Assembly: GCA_002189035.1 (NCBI GenBank)
Contig: NEEC01000007.1
Span: forward strand, 2,046,001-2,110,000
DNA from: Utricularia gibba
Taxonomy: Eukaryota; Plantae; Magnoliophyta
Direction: 5' to 3'
Length of the DNA: 64,000 bases
Made by a program: the position numbers and the translations under genes. Below the pieces are notes generated by a model. It did not search any database and was not told the DNA's origin. It saw only the letters and a program-made list of their open reading frames with translations. This document shows positions 62,845 through 64,000 of the stretch, one piece after another (the stretch's first letter is position 1; each line of letters starts with the position of its first letter).

Positions 62845-64000
62845 ATGGTGAGGCGTTACAAAGTGAAAGGCCAAAAGAGGAAGGGGAAATCAGAGAAATA
62901 TGACAAGGGGGAAGATTTTGATGAGGTTGAAGAAGAGGAAGTTGCTCCAAAGAAACTGAAATCGGAAGGATCTTTGACTGATGGAAATGAATCATCAAAG
63001 CCTGCTGATGATGAATTGCCTGGAATTCCGATTATTCCAGTGAATATGAATGATAAGCAGCAGGGAATTATTTTCATTCTTGAGAAGGCATCATTGGAAA
63101 TTGCGAAAGTCGGGAAGGTAGGCTGGTGATGAAAAATCGAGGGCTATAGTTATCTATGTTTGTAAAGTAAAACGTTTTTTGTGTTTCTCGGGCAGGATTA
63201 TCAACTTTTGAGCTCAGATGAGCACAAGAATTATTTACTGAAGAATAAGAGGAACCCTGCTGAGTATCGTCCTGACATTGCGTTCCAGGTTTCTGCGTCG
63301 TTTCTACCATTCAAATGAGATATTTACTTGAAGAATCACACTTGAAATGTTGTTAGTTGATCCATATTTGTTTGTCTGGTCAATCGCTATGAGTTATGAC
63401 TCTGTTCCAATCTAAGGCATACATCTTTGGTTACTGATTGCTCTAAATTATTAATTGCGGTTTGGACACAACTGCATTTTATTTTTGTATTCCGTGCGTA
63501 GGACAAGATAGAAGAAGTTTGATGTATTATCTGGTTTGGTACCGTGAGAAGTACTGATAATTTTGTAGCATATGCTTGTGAATCACACTGGAATCTTTTT
63601 CTTGTGATTCATTCACCAATAGAAGAACCTCCCTCATTTAGTTATCTTTTGTCATTTATTATGAGCAATTACTCTGCAGCTACTAGGATGGGATGCTACT
63701 TTCAGCTGAGTTTTTTCCTCGAACAAATGAGAAGTCAGGCTTGATTTACTGTTGCATTCGATAGCATGACAACGTCTATTGAATCTTTAATTAATATATG
63801 TATATATATATATATATTGTTTAGGCTGGGTATTATATGGTCCCAGATGCTCTGTGCTTTTCTTTGTCCCTTGGAATGATTCTTAACTCATGTGATTTGG
63901 CTACTTGTGATTCTAACAAAGTTGTACCGAACATCACATCATCTTCAGGCAATCCTAACCATCCTTGACAGCCGAGTGAACAAAAGTGGGCGATTGAAAG
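62845..64000 (+). CDS. NEP1: 18S rRNA pseudouridine methyltransferase NEP1/EMG1; runs off the window
   Basis: Exons 62845-63117, 63196-63288 and 63949-64000 give IIFILEKASLEIAKVGK|DYQLLSSDEHKNYLLKNKRNPAEYRPDIAFQ|AILTILDSRVNKSGRLK. Confidence 0.93.

Overview
A gene-dense stretch of flowering-plant nuclear DNA. It holds 23 protein-coding genes plus one truncated duplicate in 64 kb (about 1 per 2.7 kb), with many introns of 70-100 nt and short AT-rich spacers, which points to a very compact genome (inference). In order: ADT2-like (runs off the left edge), NFD4-like MFS transporter, DPH7, calcineurin-B-like EF-hand protein, UFM1, CNGC5/6-like channel, tetraspanin, IBH1-like HLH, LHC-like SEP, VDAC, VAR3/OZ1, three STIG1-like secreted Cys-rich genes around VPS52, a phylloplanin/Ole e 1 gene, calmodulin, a kinase-like protein, a DHHC S-acyltransferase, a DP transcription factor, two GDSL lipases, and NEP1/EMG1 (one truncated copy, and one apparently intact copy running off the right edge). 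Three things stand out. (1) The STIG1-like trio shares intron position and an atypical Cys spacing but differs sharply: one is a chimeric extensin-like protein with a 51-bp tandem repeat, and one is extremely Arg/Lys-rich. Two of them share a W-box-TATA promoter module at identical spacing. (2) A recent ~1.1-kb duplication of the NEP1 promoter and exons 1-2 sits directly in front of a GDSL lipase. (3) Eight apparent frameshifts in seven genes are each repaired by adding one base to a short run, most likely an assembly artefact. No rRNA, tRNA, CRISPR array or intact transposon was recognised. Gene names come from recalled homologue motifs, not from database searches.
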